DNA of 64,000 nucleotides. Source: an uncultured Spirochaetota bacterium. Its GTDB lineage: Bacteria; Spirochaetota; Spirochaetia; SZUA-6; Fen-1364. Where the stretch lies: positions 416,001 through 480,000 of the forward strand of contig CAVTHO010000003.1 of NCBI GenBank assembly GCA_963734545.1, in the 5' to 3' direction. A model generated the notes under the pieces. The model was not told the origin of the DNA, ran no database searches, and worked only from the letters and a program-made list of their open reading frames with translations. Positions 61,421 through 64,000 of the stretch are shown in pieces. Both the position numbers and the translations under genes were made by a program. How positions within the stretch are numbered: position 1 is the stretch's first letter; every line of letters starts with the position of its first letter.

Positions 61421-62443
61421 ATGACTGCCCTTGAGGGCCCGCGGTTCACACGTGCAACCTCCGACTGGACTCCCGCGGACCGCCTGGGGGCGCTGCGCTG
61501 CCGCCTGGGAATGTTCCGGTCGCCGCATCGCGTGGAGCCGGGACTGTACTCTCTCGGAAGACCCGGCACGGACTCACCGGTCCTCGCGACGGGAAATTAC
61601 CGGCTCACCTTCGATCTCCTCAGGACGGGCCTGCGCGGCTGCGATTGCTGGATCCTCGTCCTGGATACGGACGGGATGGACGTTGCCAGCGGCGCGGCGA
61701 CCGGCAGGTTCGGCACGGATGAGCTGATCACGAGGATGCTGAAGACGCGCCTCCCGGAAGTGGTGCGCCACCGCGCGGTGATACTGCCGCAGATCGGGGC
61801 GCGGGCAATAGACGGCGGGGCAGTACGAAGGGACACGGGATTTGACGTCCTTGCCGGCCCTGCGCGAGCGGAGGACATTCCCGGCTATCTCGCGCGGGGC
61901 AGCAGCCCGACCACGGAGATGCGCGCTGTCCGGTTCACGCTGCGGGACCGGCTGGGCGTCAGCCTCATGGAAGTGGGACGGTCGCTGCTGATCTTTCCCG
62001 TCTTCGCGTTCGGGGCGCTGATCGTCGCGGGACTGGGTCCCGGCGGGGTATCCCTCGAGAGAGCCTGGACCCATGTGTGGCCGCTCTTTGCCCTGGGGCT
62101 GGGCAGCGTCTGCGCCGGCTCTTTCCTCGTGCCGTCCGCCCTTCCCGGGATTCCGTTCGCCGCGTATTCCGCGAAAGGATGGCTGATGGGTGCCGCGGTG
62201 ACTGCCCTCTTGCTGCATGGCGCCGGCTTTGCGCGCGGCATGGATCCCTTCCTCACGGCCGCGTGCTACCTGTTCTTCCCCGCGGCCAGCGCCGCGCTCG
62301 CGCTGCGCTTTGCCGGCGCCACTCCGGCGGGATTCTTTCCCGCGGCACGAACCGAGATCCGGCGCGCGTGGCCTTTTTTCGCGGCCGCCGCCCTGCTGAC
62401 AGGCGCAGCGCTCGCCTTGTCCCGGCTCGGTCCGTGGGCATGA
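61421..62443 (+). CDS. HgcA-like corrinoid-binding membrane protein lacking the cap-helix Cys
   Basis: VEPGLYSLG, SPVLATGNYRLTFDLLR, WILVLDT, HRAVILPQIGA, TGF...GPARAEDIP and about 5 C-terminal TMs match HgcA architecture. The cap helix reads GMDVASGAATG instead of GINVWCAAGKG. Confidence 0.8.
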   Translation: MTALEGPRFTRATSDWTPADRLGALRCRLGMFRSPHRVEPGLYSLGRPGTDSPVLATGNYRLTFDLLRTGLRGCDCWILVLDTDGMDVASGAATGRFGTDELITRMLKTRLPEVVRHRAVILPQIGARAIDGGAVRRDTGFDVLAGPARAEDIPGYLARGSSPTTEMRAVRFTLRDRLGVSLMEVGRSLLIFPVFAFGALIVAGLGPGGVSLERAWTHVWPLFALGLGSVCAGSFLVPSALPGIPFAAYSAKGWLMGAAVTALLLHGAGFARGMDPFLTAACYLFFPAASAALALRFAGATPAGFFPAARTEIRRAWPFFAAAALLTGAALALSRLGPWA

Positions 62444-62485
62444 CGTTGAAAACAGCGTATTATTGAGAACAACGAGGATGCATCC

Positions 62486-63433
62486 GTGAAGAGAAGAGCT
62501 GTCTTCTTCCTGGGCCTTCTGGCCGCGTCTCAACTGGTCGCGCAGGATATATTCGAGCTTGCCTCGCGCGGCGCGCCGGGGCAGATCCCGGCCGGGCGGG
62601 ATGCGGGGGCGAGCGTGAACGCGCAGGACGAAAAAGGAAGAACGCCGCTCATGTACGCGGCCAGTGACAACCCGGACGCCGGGATGATCGATGCCCTTCT
62701 GAAGGCCGGGGCGAGGATCTCGGACAGGGACGGCAAGGGCATGTCCGCTGTCATGTGGGCGGCTTCCAACAACGGCAATCCGAACGTGATCGCCGCCCTT
62801 CTGAAAGCGGGAGCGAAGATCGACGACCGGGACAATTTCGGCCTCACCGCGCTCATGGCCGCGGCCACGGGAAACCAGAATCCCGAGGTGATCACGATGC
62901 TCGTGAATGCGGGTGCGAGCGTGAAGGGCGGCAATATACTGGGGTGGACTCCGCTCATGCACGCCGTGATCTACAACAGGAACCTGGAGGTGATCGCCGC
63001 GCTGGTAAAGGCCGGGGCGGGGATCTCGGACAGGGACGAGCAGGGGATCACCCCTCTCATGTGGGCGGCGAGCAAACGGGACCCCGCGGTGGTGGACCTC
63101 CTGATGAAGGAAGGGAGCAGGATCGACGACCGGGACGAAAACGGCCTGACCGCGCTGATGCATGCCGCGCGGGACAACCCTCTGCCCGCTGTCATCACGG
63201 CGCTGCTTGCCGCGGGGGCCGCCATTGACGCGGTGGACGAGAGCGGGCAGAGCGCGCTCATGTGGGCCGTGCAGAGCAACCAGAACGCGGATTGCATTTC
63301 CGCGCTCCTGGAAGCGGGGGCGGACGGAGCGTTGAAGGACAAGACCGGGAAAACGGCATTCGAGTACGCCAAGGACAATCAGAAGTTGAAAGGAACAAAA
63401 GTGTATTGGCAGCTGAACGACGCGCGATTCTAG
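62486..63433 (+). CDS. Secreted ankyrin-repeat protein
   Basis: Signal peptide plus about 8 repeats of G-x-T-(P/A)-L-M-x-A-A...L-L-x-A-G-A. Confidence 0.92.
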   Translation: MKRRAVFFLGLLAASQLVAQDIFELASRGAPGQIPAGRDAGASVNAQDEKGRTPLMYAASDNPDAGMIDALLKAGARISDRDGKGMSAVMWAASNNGNPNVIAALLKAGAKIDDRDNFGLTALMAAATGNQNPEVITMLVNAGASVKGGNILGWTPLMHAVIYNRNLEVIAALVKAGAGISDRDEQGITPLMWAASKRDPAVVDLLMKEGSRIDDRDENGLTALMHAARDNPLPAVITALLAAGAAIDAVDESGQSALMWAVQSNQNADCISALLEAGADGALKDKTGKTAFEYAKDNQKLKGTKVYWQLNDARF

Positions 63434-63447
63434 GCTACAATCGAGCC

Positions 63448-64000
63448 GTGGACGGCATTTCCATACAGGTGTTCGGCGAGCAGGAGCTTGTGCAGCACCT
63501 GGCGAGCGGCGGCGCGCACTACAGCCACTGCATCTCGATCAGGAACCCGGATGAAACCATGCCGGGGATCATCAAGGACAAGTTCCGCGCCATCCTCGAG
63601 CTCAGGTTCTATGACGCGGAAGAAGTCGAGCAGCTCGGGCCGGCGCAGACGATCAAGCGCGTCCCCGAGCACAGGGACGTCAAGGGAATCCTCGAGTTTT
63701 TCCGCATGACGGCCGCGGAAGCGACCGGGTATACGATTCATTGCTGGCAGGGCATCTCGCGGTCCCCCGCCGTCGCGCTGGGCCTCCTGTATCTCATGAC
63801 GGGCTCGGAGGACGAGGCGGCATGGCATTTGAAACGGCTCCGGCCCGATGCGAGGCCGCACCGGAAGCTCGTGAGGTTCTTCGACGATCAGCTTGGATGC
63901 AGGCTCTCCCGCGTCAATGAGAAGCTCCGCGCCGAGGCGCTGGCAGCGCCGATGCAGGATTTCACACCGCCCTCCGGAGGCCTCCTGACGCGCGCGAAGA
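63448..64000 (+). CDS. Protein-tyrosine/dual-specificity phosphatase-like protein (truncated by window end)
   Basis: Hand translation from GTG 63448 gives CISIRNP, LELRFYD and the CX5R motif IHCWQGISRSPAVALG. Not in the supplied ORF track because it has no stop within the window. Confidence 0.8.
   Translation, partial: MDGISIQVFGEQELVQHLASGGAHYSHCISIRNPDETMPGIIKDKFRAILELRFYDAEEVEQLGPAQTIKRVPEHRDVKGILEFFRMTAAEATGYTIHCWQGISRSPAVALGLLYLMTGSEDEAAWHLKRLRPDARPHRKLVRFFDDQLGCRLSRVNEKLRAEALAAPMQDFTPPSGGLLTRAK

Noticed and set aside
61421-62443. Calling this gene hgcA and the organism a mercury methylator
   Set aside because: The essential NVWC cap-helix Cys is absent and no hgcB lies in the window.

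Overview
This is a GC-rich bacterial chromosomal window, most likely from a free-living Spirochaetota member (inferred from spirochaete-style lipoprotein signal peptides and gene content; not verified). Many genes carry single-base indels that look like long-read consensus errors. In order, the window contains: a HEAT-repeat gene; a HAMP class III cyclase with a coiled-coil/TPR partner; a LuxR gene followed by two beta-barrel-like/lipoprotein gene pairs; an FHA-sarcosine oxidase-BHMT-EamA-DUF6390 operon; an AhpD-like/cyclase/REC-thioredoxin-reductase/cNMP-kinase/cyclase-STAND-TPR signalling cluster; a coproporphyrin-dependent haem cluster (hemC-D fusion, hemB, chdC, hemE, ferrochelatase, hemY, hemL, and a convergent radical SAM plus sirC-hemA fusion); and a protease. 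An accessory block at about 37.4-51.4 kb carries three sigma54 promoters with related upstream palindromes and a tandemly duplicated, C-terminally variable lipoprotein. It is followed by tRNA-Pro(GGG), lnt, an RRM protein, an ARG-box-controlled argR-C-B-D-G operon, LOG, DUF72, a D-2-hydroxyacid dehydrogenase, a full-length HgcA homologue lacking the catalytic cap-helix Cys and any adjacent hgcB, an ankyrin protein and a PTP-like phosphatase. The top leads are the Cys-less HgcA homologue, the putative sigma54 enhancer regulon for lipoproteins and a chemoreceptor, and the Cys-less REC-TrxR/cNMP signalling cluster, which includes a cyclase with Arg at the base-specificity position. All family assignments come from motif recognition by eye; no searches were run.
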